This document shows positions 63,713 to 64,000 of a stretch of 64,000 bases of DNA, in pieces. Below the pieces are notes generated by a model. The model saw only the letters and a list, made by a program, of their open reading frames with translations. It was not told the origin of the DNA and did no database searches. Numbering within the stretch: position 1 is the stretch's first letter; every line of letters starts with the position of its first letter. A program made the position numbers and the translations under genes. The DNA comes from Spirochaetia bacterium (GTDB taxonomy: Bacteria > Spirochaetota > Spirochaetia > CADAEX01). Location of the stretch: positions 1 to 64,000 of the forward strand of contig CAXXHA010000030.1 of the NCBI GenBank assembly GCA_963662265.2, read 5' to 3'.

Positions 63713-64000
63713 TCAATGTTTTTTTAATATACCTTCAGCTGCTCTTATTCCGCTTGCCCAGGCACCTGTAATACCCCGGCTTGTACCTGCACCATCACCA
63801 ATCAGGTAGAGATCTTTCTTTGCCTGAAAATATTCATCCATAAAATCAGGTTTGTTTGCATACATCTTGATTTCAGGATAATACATTATTGTACTTGGGT
63901 GAAGAATTCCTGGAGTTATGGTATCGAGGATTTTCATTGACTTCCAGATAGACCTCAGTATTTTATCCGGCATGACAAGTGATATATCCCCCGGTGTGCA
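63713..64000 (-). CDS. C-terminus of FAD-dependent oxidoreductase (partial)
   Basis: YYPEIKMY, LIGDGAGTSRGITGAWASG. Confidence 0.75.
   Translation of the reverse strand, partial: CTPGDISLVMPDKILRSIWKSMKILDTITPGILHPSTIMYYPEIKMYANKPDFMDEYFQAKKDLYLIGDGAGTSRGITGAWASGIRAAEGILKKH

Overview
Spirochaete-type chromosomal segment (inferred from gene content: DUF2225-truA, mfd beside a PilZ gene, flgF-flgG-flgJ with no P/L-ring genes). The AT-rich first ~4 kb is the proximal end of an integron-type gene-cassette array on the minus strand. It has two canonical attC sites (1621-1728, 2811-2910), a putative attI/promoter region directly after truA (~3989-4149), three cassettes (membrane/TPR, ankyrin+SH3, one partial) and an IS3-family element inserted against an attC core site. 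No integrase is visible in the window. The rest is housekeeping and signalling DNA: folP-cdaA-cdaR-acpS-DUF2225-truA, two tandem EF-G paralogues, trmB, two GGDEF proteins, an MCP, mfd, tRNA-Asn, a FecR/outer-membrane operon, a frameshifted adenylate cyclase-FecR locus, a TRAP operon, flagellar rod genes and tsaD. Notable non-coding signals are two tandem candidate ECF-sigma sRNA genes (34778-35034), a structured 113-bp element with 11-bp direct repeats (13699-13833) and a palindromic element read in frame into the TruA N-terminus. Frameshifts cluster at 1-5.3 kb and 42-47 kb and may be assembly indels.
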